Shown here piece by piece: positions 46,221 through 55,962 of a stretch of 64,000 nt of DNA. The stretch comes from a bacterium. GTDB taxonomy: Bacteria > Patescibacteriota > CPR2 > UBA1875 > JAJYID01. The first letter of the stretch is position 1, and each line of letters opens with the position of its first letter. The DNA lies in assembly GCA_021790235.1 (NCBI GenBank), contig JAJYID010000002.1:26125-90124 (forward strand), in the 5' to 3' direction. The position numbers were made by a program, and so were the translations under genes. The notes below the pieces were generated by a model. The model was given only the letters and a program-made list of their open reading frames with translations, was not told the DNA's origin and made no database searches.

Positions 46221-46250
46221 AATGTCGCACAATGTATCTTCTGCGACATT
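46221..46250. terminator. 9-bp perfect hairpin between convergent genes
   Basis: AATGTCGCA (46221-46229) pairs with TGCGACATT (46242-46250), 38 nt past the ftsQ stop. Confidence 0.5.
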
Positions 46251-46287
46251 AGCTGCATAGGTAACAGCACTTAGGTTTTCTACAAAT

Positions 46288-47109
46288 TTACTTATAAAAA
46301 ACCTTATTATTAATGCGCATATCCAGATAAGTAAGTTTTTGACCCTTTATTTCTTTACTGTTCAACACAGTTGTTAGATTCGTAAGTTCATGTACCGGAT
46401 CTCTAGCAGTGTCAAAAATAATATAAAATCCAAGGTTTGAATAGATTGTAATTTCATTAAAACTTTCATTGATTTCAATCTTAGAAATCTGCGCGCCTGT
46501 ATCCTTTGTAAAATTCCGATTTAAATAATCAATAAAATTAATAAATTCAGATGTCACCAGACTCTTCCCTACTTGAACAGGCAGATTTTTTTTATCTGTT
46601 ACAACAGGTAAATTTTTTCTTTTTTTATCTGTAGGCCCTACTACTTTTCCCTTTTCGTCTACTAGATAATACTTGTGATTACTTAACCACTCTAGTTTTA
46701 TAATGTACTCTTCTAATTTCAGATTTATAGTATCAGGATATTGTTTTTTGATCCTTAAACTTTTTAATGTGTATTTTTTCTTTAAATTTATTTCTTCATT
46801 ATCAGTATCAAAAAGTAAAATATTTTTTTTAAAGATTTCGTGGTCCAGATCAGATTCTACGTCAGATTTGATCTGTTTTTTTGAAATTTCTCTTGTGCCT
46901 TCTATATTTACTTTTGTGACCTTAAAAACTCCAGAAAAAAATATTAAATACAAAATGCCTGCAATAGATATAAAGATTAAGGGGTAATATAATTTATTTA
47001 TAGAAAAACTTGAAACAGACTTGTCTATGTCAGTCCTTTTATACACAAGTTTATTATTGCTTTTTTGTTTTCTTGCTTTATCAATTCTTTTTGTTGTTCT
47101 TCTTTTCAT
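46288..47109 (-). CDS. ftsQ: cell division protein FtsQ (POTRA domain)
   Basis: Basic N-terminus, one TM helix, then FKVTKVNIEGTREISKKQI (POTRA). It is the last gene of the dcw cluster. Confidence 0.75.
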   Translation of the reverse strand: MKRRTTKRIDKARKQKSNNKLVYKRTDIDKSVSSFSINKLYYPLIFISIAGILYLIFFSGVFKVTKVNIEGTREISKKQIKSDVESDLDHEIFKKNILLFDTDNEEINLKKKYTLKSLRIKKQYPDTINLKLEEYIIKLEWLSNHKYYLVDEKGKVVGPTDKKRKNLPVVTDKKNLPVQVGKSLVTSEFINFIDYLNRNFTKDTGAQISKIEINESFNEITIYSNLGFYIIFDTARDPVHELTNLTTVLNSKEIKGQKLTYLDMRINNKVFYK

Positions 47110-47118
47110 TTCTTTTAA

Positions 47119-48261
47119 TTATCTTAACTTCTTGATCATAAAAAAAGAGATTTCCTTAGCAATAACAGAAGCCGCATCTTCCTTATACAGACTATGAACT
47201 TTATTTGAAAGAAAAGCTAGCTCGTCATTATCATTTAAAAGTTTGTCAACTTGGCTAAAGAGTTTTTCAGGGGTCAGATGGCTTTGCAACATCATATAAG
47301 CGGCACCTTCTCTTGAATAGGCTTTTGCATTCGCTAGTTGATGATCGTTCGCAGACGATTCAAGGGGAATAATAATCGCCGGTTTTGATAAGGCCGAAAT
47401 TTCAGTTAATACATTATTGCCTGCCCTTGAAATAACGATATCAGAAACTGCATAAGCGTCTTTTAAATCATTCGTCAAAAAACTAAAAAGTTTATATCTA
47501 TCTCTATGTGAATATTTATCACTCTTATAATCCAACCAATCATAATCAAAATCTCCAGAAATATGAATAACCTGATATTTGGCTAGATAAGCTTCTAATT
47601 TCTCAGAAAAAATTTCATTAATTTTCCTTGCCCCCTGGCTTCCTCCTAATACTAAAATAGTTTTTAATTTTTTGTTAAACCCAAATTTATTATAAGAATC
47701 ATTTTTGTTTCCTGAGTTAAACAGATTTTTTCTAAAAGGATTACCTGAGTATATTAGTTTTTCTTTTTTTATTGTCGGAAAATTTTTTAATGGATAAGAG
47801 ACAAAGATTTTATCGGCCTTTTTAGCTAAAATTCTATTCGCGAGTCCGGGTATAATATCAGATTCATGAATAAAATACGGATATCCCTTCAATGAACAAG
47901 CAATCCCAAATGGAAGACTTACATAACCACCTTTCAAAAAAACCACATCAGGATCTTCCCCTTTCAAAATTTTTAATGAGTCAAAAATACCTTGAATAAA
48001 TTTTTTAAAATCCAAAATGTTTTTAAATATTGTTGTCGGATCAATAACATTTAAAATATTATTTTTATGGTATCTTCGAAATTTTCCACTATGGATAGAT
48101 AAGGTTTTTATATCAGTTTGAGGAATAAGTTTCTCTTCAATACCTCCCTTTGAACCAACATAAACTATTTGTGTTTTGATATTTTTATTTAGTTCATCAA
48201 TGACTGCTAAAAGCGGCGCTACGTGTCCTCCTGACCCTCCTCCCGCTACTATGACTTTCAT
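47119..48261 (-). CDS. murG: undecaprenyldiphospho-muramoylpentapeptide beta-N-acetylglucosaminyltransferase
   Basis: MKVIVAGGGSGGHVAPLLAV, LVLGGSQGA and SRAGNNVLTEI. Confidence 0.9.
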   Translation of the reverse strand: MKVIVAGGGSGGHVAPLLAVIDELNKNIKTQIVYVGSKGGIEEKLIPQTDIKTLSIHSGKFRRYHKNNILNVIDPTTIFKNILDFKKFIQGIFDSLKILKGEDPDVVFLKGGYVSLPFGIACSLKGYPYFIHESDIIPGLANRILAKKADKIFVSYPLKNFPTIKKEKLIYSGNPFRKNLFNSGNKNDSYNKFGFNKKLKTILVLGGSQGARKINEIFSEKLEAYLAKYQVIHISGDFDYDWLDYKSDKYSHRDRYKLFSFLTNDLKDAYAVSDIVISRAGNNVLTEISALSKPAIIIPLESSANDHQLANAKAYSREGAAYMMLQSHLTPEKLFSQVDKLLNDNDELAFLSNKVHSLYKEDAASVIAKEISFFMIKKLR

Positions 48262-49387
48262 TATCTCCCCTTTCCTTAGTGTTTCTAGAAATGTTTAATA
48301 AAATACCGCACGAAGCTATTACCAAGACTACAGATGTCCCGCCAAAACTAATAAAGGGCAAAGTAACCCCGGTTAAAGGTACGAGTGATAGCGCTGCGGC
48401 AATATTTAAAATTGATTGAAAAACTATCCAACTGGTAATTCCAACAGCTAACAGCCTAGTATAAGTATCACCAGCACGATTGGCAATCTTAAACCCAAAA
48501 TAACCAAAAAGCACAAATAATACTAAGACAAAAACAGTGCCTATCAAACCTCTTTCTTCTCCTATAATAGCAAAAATTGAATCAGTTGCTGCTTCAGGCA
48601 AGTATCTATATTTTTGCAATGATTGTCCAAATCCTCTACCAATGATTCCACCCGAACCTATAGCGATCAAGGCCTGTTGTGTCTGATAACCTACAGCATG
48701 GTTAGCATAATGGCTTGGATTTAAAAAAACAAGAAATCTTTGCATTCTATAAGGCGAAATTTTAACTAACAAAAGAAGTCCTCCAAATCCTGTGACAATA
48801 AGTGAGAGAAGATGACTTTTCCGCGCCCCAGAAACAAAATACATTACGCCGGATATAATAATAATAATAAGCAAAGATCCCATATCGGGTTGCGCCATGA
48901 TTAAAATACCCATTACTCCAAGTAATACTAAAAAAGGGATAAAACCGTTATAGAGATCGCGTACTTCTCTCCCTTTTTTTTCAAAAAGAGTAGCCAAGTA
49001 AATGATTACTGAAAATTTTAGAAAATCTGAAGGTTGAATTTGGATTGGACCTATATCTATCCAACGTCTAGCACCTCCATGCTGTACACCCAAACCAGGA
49101 ATAAACACAGCAACCAAAATAATAATACTTACAACCATCGCCGGAAAGGCAAGCTTCTTCCAAAACTTAAGATCAAGCTTATAAAAAATACCCATACCAA
49201 CAAAACCAACTATAATAGCCAGTACTTGCTTCATAAACATATACCGAGAATCTCCATACTCTTGGAAACTAATAACACTAGAAGCTGACGAAAGAAAAAT
49301 GACACCACTTATAACTAAAAGTATAATCACTATCAAAAGATTAACATCCGGCGAATTTTTACGAAGTAGCCTTATGGGTTTATTCAT
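48197..49387 (-). CDS. ftsW: SEDS-family lipid II flippase/polymerase FtsW
   Basis: About 10 TM helices with GARRWIDIGPIQIQPSDFLK and LPEAATDSIFAIIGEE. It sits in the dcw context and its 3' end overlaps murG. Confidence 0.9.
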   Translation of the reverse strand: MNKPIRLLRKNSPDVNLLIVIILLVISGVIFLSSASSVISFQEYGDSRYMFMKQVLAIIVGFVGMGIFYKLDLKFWKKLAFPAMVVSIIILVAVFIPGLGVQHGGARRWIDIGPIQIQPSDFLKFSVIIYLATLFEKKGREVRDLYNGFIPFLVLLGVMGILIMAQPDMGSLLIIIIISGVMYFVSGARKSHLLSLIVTGFGGLLLLVKISPYRMQRFLVFLNPSHYANHAVGYQTQQALIAIGSGGIIGRGFGQSLQKYRYLPEAATDSIFAIIGEERGLIGTVFVLVLFVLFGYFGFKIANRAGDTYTRLLAVGITSWIVFQSILNIAAALSLVPLTGVTLPFISFGGTSVVLVIASCGILLNISRNTKERGDNESHSSGRRVRRTRSAAFSSH

Positions 49388-49390
49388 TTT

Positions 49391-50416
49391 CTATCCGTAT
49401 ACAAATCTTAATATTACACCGATAACAGCCACCATTGCTCCAATAACCCAAAAGCGCATAGTAACTTTTGTCTCCGGCCAACCAATTGCTTCAAAATGAT
49501 GATGGATTGGCGCAGATAAAAAGATTTTCTTTCCTCTAATTTTCTTTGAGGAAAGTTGTAAGATCACTGATAGAGTTTCCATGACAAATACTAAACCGAT
49601 TATTGGCAGCACCAAGACCGAATTTGTAAGCATTGCCACGACTCCCAGAGTGGCTCCAAGAGACACAGCCCCAGTGTCTCCCATGAAAAACCTAGCCGGA
49701 AAGATATTAAACCATGTATAAGCAAGAATGGCTCCAACCAAAGTGCCACAGAAAGCTGCAATTCCATAATTCCCTTGGAAAAATGCTATTATAAGGAAAG
49801 CAAAAAAAGATGTAGCGAGCAACCCACCGGACAATCCATCTAAGCCATCTGTAATATTGACTGCATTAGCACTGGAAATTATGACAAGTATAAATAGCAA
49901 GATATACAACCAACCTATATTAAAATTACCAATAAAGGGCACACTGATCATATTATAGTCAAGTTTAAAGTAGAACCACAAGGCTCCTGAAAGGGCTATT
50001 AAAATTAGCCAAATCATTTTGATTTTAGCCTTTAGACCGGCATGACCGTTTGATGATTTAACATTAACAATATCATCCACTATTCCTAAAATGCCAATGG
50101 AAACTAAGGTAAAAAGCGGAAGCCATGTCTGTGATCTATTTAAATTAAAAAACAGAGTCATAATTAAAACCGCTCCCCAAATCAATATACCTGCCATAGT
50201 CGGAATATTCCTTTTGTGTTTTTCTTTATGCAGTTTATTGAACACAGTCGTGCTCTTCCCATCTACCGCTTCTGTCTTCATCTTCTTCCACCATTTATAC
50301 CTATAAGCAAAATAAGTATAGACTGGTGTCAGTATCATTGTTAAAAGGAATGACCCTGCACTTAGCAAACCGACTTTTAATATTTGTGAAACTATCTCAG
50401 GACTTGTAATATTCAT
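49391..50416 (-). CDS. mraY: phospho-N-acetylmuramoyl-pentapeptide transferase
   Basis: KRNIPTMAGI, NAVNITDGLDGL, MGDTGAVSLG and HHHFE. Confidence 0.95.
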   Translation of the reverse strand: MNITSPEIVSQILKVGLLSAGSFLLTMILTPVYTYFAYRYKWWKKMKTEAVDGKSTTVFNKLHKEKHKRNIPTMAGILIWGAVLIMTLFFNLNRSQTWLPLFTLVSIGILGIVDDIVNVKSSNGHAGLKAKIKMIWLILIALSGALWFYFKLDYNMISVPFIGNFNIGWLYILLFILVIISSANAVNITDGLDGLSGGLLATSFFAFLIIAFFQGNYGIAAFCGTLVGAILAYTWFNIFPARFFMGDTGAVSLGATLGVVAMLTNSVLVLPIIGLVFVMETLSVILQLSSKKIRGKKIFLSAPIHHHFEAIGWPETKVTMRFWVIGAMVAVIGVILRFVYG

Positions 50417-50442
50417 ATTCTACTTTCCATTCCCTTTTAATC

Positions 50443-51693
50443 TTATCTTTTCCTCCATTCCTTACCTTGACGGCAAAGCAAAACAGAGGCTTTCCCCGGT
50501 TCTTTCATAATCTCTTTTACAGCTTTCTCCATCCTGGCAGCATTTTGAGAACCCTTCAGGAGAACTACATCTTTACTCTTTAAAATCCCTTTCAAATATT
50601 TACCGGCGCTCGAAGAATCATGAAAACTAAAAACATTTTCTCTGGGGAAACCTGCTGCTAAAGCAGATTTAGCCAAGTGTTTTTTTGCTACATCGCCTAC
50701 TGTAACTAGAATATCACATTTTCCGGTTAAATATGAGCCTATTTCCTCATGAGCCCTTTTTTCTTCAATACCTAATTCACCCATGGTACCAAGAACAGCA
50801 ATTTTCTTTTTTCCCAGAAATTTCTCTAAGATATCCAAAGCGTTTTTCATAGATTCTGGACTGGCGTTATAAGAATCATCAATAAGAATAGAGCCATTCA
50901 CTCCTTTTATGATATTTAACCTCCCTCTAACTGGAGTATATTTTTCGAGGCCTGCTGATATCACATTAGTTTCAACTTTCTCCGAAATACCAACCGCAAC
51001 AGCGGCCGCAAAGATATAAAGTATGTGTTCTCCTAAAGCTACTGAATTTAAAATTAAATCCTTACCATAGACTTTTAGGTAATTTTTAGAGCCATCTGCT
51101 TGAAAATCCTGTTTTATAATCTTAATATCATTCGAATGTTTCCCGAAAGTAAGTTTTTTTATCCCAGTGGGCACTGTTATTTTGCTTATAAAATCACTAT
51201 CAATATTTATAATCGCTGTACCGCCATTTGTTAATGCTGATAATATTTTTTCTTTTTCTTTAGCGATATCTTCCACTGTACCAAAATTTTCTAAATGCAC
51301 ACCGGAAACATTGGTAATAATGGCAATATCGGGTTTTGCAAGTGATGTTAAATATTCAATATCTCCCGGGCGATCAGCCCCCATTTCCAAGACGGCATAA
51401 TCATAATCTCTTTTCTTAAGGGCTACAAAAGGTGAAATAATTATTAATTTCAACCAACCAAACTTTGATTTTGGTATTTTTTCCTCGAGAAGAATAAGAG
51501 GCAGTCCAATTTCTGTGTTATAACCTTCTTCTTCAAATGAGAGAACCTTATATTTTTCGCGCAAAACTAAAGAAACGGCCTTTTTTGTGGAGGTCTTTCC
51601 TACGCTTCCGGTAATGGCTACTACATTATATTTATTGCGCCTTAGTGTTATTTTAGTAGAAAGATTTAATATGATTTGTGCAATTTTTTTCAT
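50443..51693 (-). CDS. murF: UDP-N-acetylmuramoyl-tripeptide--D-alanyl-D-alanine ligase
   Basis: ITGSVGKTSTK, NTEIGLPLILL and DDSYNASPESM. Confidence 0.9.
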   Translation of the reverse strand: MKKIAQIILNLSTKITLRRNKYNVVAITGSVGKTSTKKAVSLVLREKYKVLSFEEEGYNTEIGLPLILLEEKIPKSKFGWLKLIIISPFVALKKRDYDYAVLEMGADRPGDIEYLTSLAKPDIAIITNVSGVHLENFGTVEDIAKEKEKILSALTNGGTAIINIDSDFISKITVPTGIKKLTFGKHSNDIKIIKQDFQADGSKNYLKVYGKDLILNSVALGEHILYIFAAAVAVGISEKVETNVISAGLEKYTPVRGRLNIIKGVNGSILIDDSYNASPESMKNALDILEKFLGKKKIAVLGTMGELGIEEKRAHEEIGSYLTGKCDILVTVGDVAKKHLAKSALAAGFPRENVFSFHDSSSAGKYLKGILKSKDVVLLKGSQNAARMEKAVKEIMKEPGKASVLLCRQGKEWRKR

Positions 51694-51695
51694 TT

Positions 51696-53423
51696 TTATT
51701 TATTCTCTGTTGGTGGAATCTGATAATAGTTGAGAAGCTTTTGTAGCATTTCTCCCACTGTTGGCGCGGCTGAAAGTTCGGCCCAGTCTACATTTTTAGG
51801 CTCATCAATTTTTGCCATAACTACAAATTTCGGATTATCTGCAGGAGCAAATCCAACGAATGACCCAATTTCTCTATCAGAATAATAACCACCATTGGGA
51901 TCTGGCACTTGAGCTGTACCGGTTTTGCCAGCCACTCTATACCCAGGTACTTTTGCTAAATGACCTTCACCATGGTCTACAGTATCTACAAGCATCTGAG
52001 TGAGTTTCGCCGCTGCTGCTTCAGAAATAATTTGTTTGCCTGGTTTTTCATCACTGCCTCCTACATCATGCCCATCAACGACCTTACCTTCCAGTAAATA
52101 TGGTTTCATCATTTTACCACCATTTGCAATAGCTGAATATGCGGTAATCATCTGGAGGGGTGTTACAGCAATACTCTGCCCGAAACTCATTGTTGCATAA
52201 GTATGATCATTGGAATCAGCCGGTTTATTGAGAATTCCACTAGCTTCAGTTCCTTCCGGTGCTTCGATACCAGTAGGTATACCAAAACCAAATTTTTCTA
52301 AATAGCTATAAAAAAGATCTTTACCTAAAAGCCTTTGCACATAAGTTGACCCGGTATTTAGTGAATATTCCAGAACAAATGTCATATTCACCTTGCCATA
52401 TGCCTTTAGAAGGGCATTTTTTATAGTATAGCCGTCTAAGGTGATACTCCCCGTATCTGTAAAAGAAGAATCAGGCGTTATCTTCCCTGTGTCGAGTCCT
52501 GCTGCTAAAGTGACTGCTTTAAAAATTGATCCCGGCTCGTATACATTACTGATCGTTGAGTTTTTAAAGAGAGAGTAATCTTTAACGTCATTATAGTTGT
52601 TTGGATCAAAAGTTGGGTTGTTAGCCATGGCAATAATTGCGCCGGTTTTAGGATCCATGACTGTTATTGATCCAGACTTACCGCCATACTTTTTAATCGC
52701 GTTTGCAAGCGTTTCTTCAGCCATAACTTGAACATCACGATTAATAGTCAGAACAATATCTTGACCATCTTTTGCAGGTACAGAAACATCTCTGCCTGTT
52801 AAAATTTTATTGCCCAATGAATCAGATTCTGCTTTATATAAGCCCGGAGTACCTTTCAGTTCATTATTAAAATACTCTTCAATACCGCCCACACCATTAT
52901 CATCACCATTAACATAACCTAAGACTTGGCTTGCTAGAGTATCCTCGGGATAAACTCTCCAAGACTCAGGTTCCAGACCTATAGCCGGATCATCAAGATT
53001 TTTAATGGCCTGCGTTTCTTGATCAGTGAGTTTGTTTTTTATTGGGATATATCTCCTAGAAACAGGATTCTTGAAGAGGTTTAAAATAGTATTTTTATCT
53101 ATACTTAAAATATTCGCCAGATTTTCTGCCGTTTTGTCTTGGTTATTACAGTTAGCGAGATCAACAAATGCCTTATTCAGTGTGACGTCAGTGGCTAAAG
53201 GATAAAGACTGCCATCCATATCTTTAACATAAATAGTTCCTCTTTTGGGTTTTATTTCATACTGAGACCAATGCTGTTTTTTCGCAGTTTCTGCATAGGT
53301 TTTATATTCTAAAATCTGGAGCTGAAAAAGTCTGCCAAAGGTTATAACTCCGATTAAGGCAAATATTAAGAATAAATATTTAGTTCTCTTTTTCTGAAGT
53401 TGCAAATCAGTATGACTAACCAT
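51696..53423 (-). CDS. ftsI: penicillin-binding protein 2/FtsI-type transpeptidase
   Basis: N-terminal TM and dimerisation domain, then EPGSIFK (SxxK), SLNTG (SxN) and KTGTA (KTG). Confidence 0.9.
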   Translation of the reverse strand: MVSHTDLQLQKKRTKYLFLIFALIGVITFGRLFQLQILEYKTYAETAKKQHWSQYEIKPKRGTIYVKDMDGSLYPLATDVTLNKAFVDLANCNNQDKTAENLANILSIDKNTILNLFKNPVSRRYIPIKNKLTDQETQAIKNLDDPAIGLEPESWRVYPEDTLASQVLGYVNGDDNGVGGIEEYFNNELKGTPGLYKAESDSLGNKILTGRDVSVPAKDGQDIVLTINRDVQVMAEETLANAIKKYGGKSGSITVMDPKTGAIIAMANNPTFDPNNYNDVKDYSLFKNSTISNVYEPGSIFKAVTLAAGLDTGKITPDSSFTDTGSITLDGYTIKNALLKAYGKVNMTFVLEYSLNTGSTYVQRLLGKDLFYSYLEKFGFGIPTGIEAPEGTEASGILNKPADSNDHTYATMSFGQSIAVTPLQMITAYSAIANGGKMMKPYLLEGKVVDGHDVGGSDEKPGKQIISEAAAAKLTQMLVDTVDHGEGHLAKVPGYRVAGKTGTAQVPDPNGGYYSDREIGSFVGFAPADNPKFVVMAKIDEPKNVDWAELSAAPTVGEMLQKLLNYYQIPPTENK

Positions 53424-53448
53424 AAACTTGCCTCAAAAATCAGAACTG

Positions 53449-53787
53449 CTAACGATTTACCGCAAGACCTGCGTCTGAGTTTACATAATCGACCTGTTTT
53501 GTTGGGACCATATCCGTTTTCGAAACATCTTTTTGGATTTCTTGAACAGACTGTAACCTTGCGGCCTCTACTTCAAGTATTTGATTTTCATCTGTTAACT
53601 CTTGCTTTTTCTTCTTCAGTTTTGCAATCTGATCACCCTTCATAGTCATTTGATTTGTCTGAGAAAGAAGAAAAATACAAAGAGGTAAAATCACAAATAT
53701 TGCCGTAAAACCTATAGTTATTTTCCCCATCTTAAATTGTTTTCTATAATTTGTATTAAATGTTTTTTTCCTTTTTCTGTCTCTCAT
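53449..53787 (-). CDS. ftsL: FtsL-like cell division protein
   Basis: 112 aa. It has one TM helix (ITIGFTAIFVILPLCIFLL) followed by a coiled coil, and lies between rsmH and ftsI. Confidence 0.6.
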   Translation of the reverse strand: MRDRKRKKTFNTNYRKQFKMGKITIGFTAIFVILPLCIFLLSQTNQMTMKGDQIAKLKKKKQELTDENQILEVEAARLQSVQEIQKDVSKTDMVPTKQVDYVNSDAGLAVNR

Positions 53788-53855
53788 TTTTTCTCCTTTT
53801 TTGTTTTTGTTTTATCACCCTCCTTTAAGGTGTTTGCTAACTTTTGTATTTATTT

Positions 53856-54800
53856 TTACAACTTTTCCATTACCCTTAGTTTTGCACTTCGAGAACGCGG
53901 ATTTTCTAGTATTTCCTCTGAGTTTGCAATAGTTGGCTTTTTTGTCAGAATATTGATTCTCTTTTCGTGTCCGCACTTACATATCGGATAATCACTTGGG
54001 CAAATGCATCCGCGCGCTTCTTTTTGAAAAAAATCTTTAACCAGACGATCTTCCAATGAATGGAATGTTATTACCGCTAGTTCCCCCTTTCTTGACAAAA
54101 GTTCAATTGCCTGTGGCAAAAACTTCTCTAAGTTCCTCAACTCATCGTTCACTTCTATCCTAAGTGCCTGAAATACTTTGGTAGCCGGGTGGATTTTACC
54201 GATTTTAATACCCTTTTCTCGGTAAATCTCCTCGATCAATCGCGTAAGCTGTAAAGTTTGCTCAAATGGCATCTTGGCTCTTTTTTCTACAATCCTATAC
54301 GCAATGGTTTTTGATAATCTCTCTTCTCCGTATCGGCTAAAAATATCAATTAATTTCTGTTCGCTATAACTTGCTAAAATCTCTGCTGCTGTCACTCTTT
54401 GGCTCTGATCCATTCTCATATCAAGCGGACCAGATACTTTAAATGAGAAACCTCTCTGTGGCTCATCCAGTTGAGCAGAAGAAACCCCAATATCAGCAAG
54501 AATACCATCTACTTCTGCAAAGCCTTTTTTCTTGGCGATTTCCTCTACTTTGGAAAAATTTGCTTTTTCTAAAACTAGATTTGGATATCTATCTTGTAAA
54601 TTGGCCCCCAACCAATTTAGCGCTTTCATATCCTGATCTAATCCTAAGAGTTTCCCCCTAGGTCCAATCTTTTTTAAGATAGCCTCTGTATGACCACCAA
54701 ACCCCACTGTAACATCAATAAAAACTTGTCCGGGTTTTGGATCAAGTAAGCGGATAACTTCTTGTAAAAGTACACTCTTATGTATTTTTTGCTTTTCCAT
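53856..54800 (-). CDS. rsmH: 16S rRNA (cytosine1402-N4)-methyltransferase
   Basis: HKSVLLQEVI, DVTVGFGGHT, DIGVSSAQLD and FHSLEDR. Confidence 0.95.
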   Translation of the reverse strand: MEKQKIHKSVLLQEVIRLLDPKPGQVFIDVTVGFGGHTEAILKKIGPRGKLLGLDQDMKALNWLGANLQDRYPNLVLEKANFSKVEEIAKKKGFAEVDGILADIGVSSAQLDEPQRGFSFKVSGPLDMRMDQSQRVTAAEILASYSEQKLIDIFSRYGEERLSKTIAYRIVEKRAKMPFEQTLQLTRLIEEIYREKGIKIGKIHPATKVFQALRIEVNDELRNLEKFLPQAIELLSRKGELAVITFHSLEDRLVKDFFQKEARGCICPSDYPICKCGHEKRINILTKKPTIANSEEILENPRSRSAKLRVMEKL

Positions 54801-55029
54801 AAGTACCCGGCAGCAACCAAATGTGTTTGAACTTTTTAAGTTCTTATTTTTATTTTTGTTTTTTAGAACAAAAAGCAGGATTTTATTGGGCTTAAATTTT
54901 TGAGAACAACCCGCCAGTGGGCGAATTAAATTTAAGAGATGGATGTTGTTTTATTAAAGCCTTAAACAGACTTTTTAGGTTCATGATTACTACCGGATAT
55001 CTACGGAAAATATTTATTTTTCAATGTGC

Positions 55030-55461
55030 TTACATTCCAAAGGAATCAAGCTGCTCTGCGATCTGACCGGAATCTTTTTCTATCCTTGACTGATACTCTT
55101 CCCATTCCTTTACATCCCAAATTTCAATTCTTGAATAAACTCCCACAACTACTGCATTGGTTTTCAGTCCTGCAAACTCTCTCAAGTTTTGCGGAATGTT
55201 TATTCTCCCCTGTCTGTCAAGCTTACAATCGTGGGCGCCTGCCAAGACCATTCTTGAAAACGCTCTGGCATTTGATTGCGTATATGGCATGCGGGCTATA
55301 TCATCGGCTATTTTCTCCCATTCATTGTTTGTGTAAACCACGAGTGAATTTTCAAGTCCTTTCGTGATTACTACTCCATCAGCAAGCTTCCCTCTAAACT
55401 TTGCCGGAAGAGCTACTCTTCCTTTCTCATCTATTGAATGTTTGTATTCTCCGATAAACAT
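55030..55461 (-). CDS. mraZ: transcriptional regulator MraZ
   Basis: MFIGEYKHSIDEKGRVALPAKFR and a second DRQGRINIP repeat. The start is set at the family-typical MF. Confidence 0.9.
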   Translation of the reverse strand: MFIGEYKHSIDEKGRVALPAKFRGKLADGVVITKGLENSLVVYTNNEWEKIADDIARMPYTQSNARAFSRMVLAGAHDCKLDRQGRINIPQNLREFAGLKTNAVVVGVYSRIEIWDVKEWEEYQSRIEKDSGQIAEQLDSFGM

Positions 55462-55633
55462 TTTTGTTCCCCACTTTTCACCACTTTCTCCCATTTTATA
55501 CCACTCATTAATACTTTGTAAAGACTTTTTTGCTTATGTCCTCACTTTTTGAATCTTTTAGAACTAATTTAATAATACTTTTATTTTTTACCTTTACATA
55601 AGGAAAAAAAATAATATTATATTAAACAAAACA

Positions 55634-55662
55634 AAAAGAACGGTTCAATGAGCCGTTCTTTT
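55634..55662. terminator. palindromic terminator between the rplKA unit and the dcw cluster
   Basis: AAAAGAACGG-TTCAATGAG-CCGTTCTTTT has A/T runs on both sides. Confidence 0.7.
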
Positions 55663-55821
55663 GTATACTAGTTTTCCACAGGTTTATATAGCATAAAAAA
55701 TATTTCAAGGCATCAATCCCACCGAATTGGTGAAACTAAAATCACTTCAGAACTTCATAATTTGTCCTTTAGGTGATTACTGACCGTATAATTTTATCAG
55801 GATGCTAGAGCACTCTCTTAT

Positions 55822-55858
55822 CCTGTCGAAGTTTGCAGGTAACTCACCTTTCTGAATC
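55822..55858 (+). repeat. hairpin repeat type B variant
   Basis: CCTGTCGAAGTTTGCAGGTAACTCACCTTTCTGAATC shares the CCTGTCG... and ...TTCTGAATC termini with 34625-34652. Confidence 0.45.
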
Positions 55859-55962
55859 TTCCGGCATAAACTCATGTGGGTATTCGGGTTGAGATCCCAT
55901 GGCTGTCGCCTTGGATTTCTGAAATATTGGAATGATTTACGCTGGTTCTAACACAAAATTGC

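Noticed and set aside
45899-46287. Search for a dif (XerC/D) site in the convergent spacer
   Set aside because: The best candidates (around 46143-46170 GCAGCATAATAAAATTATTATC and 46210-46235) do not fit the ATAAT-n6-ATTATG spacing of known dif consensus sequences.
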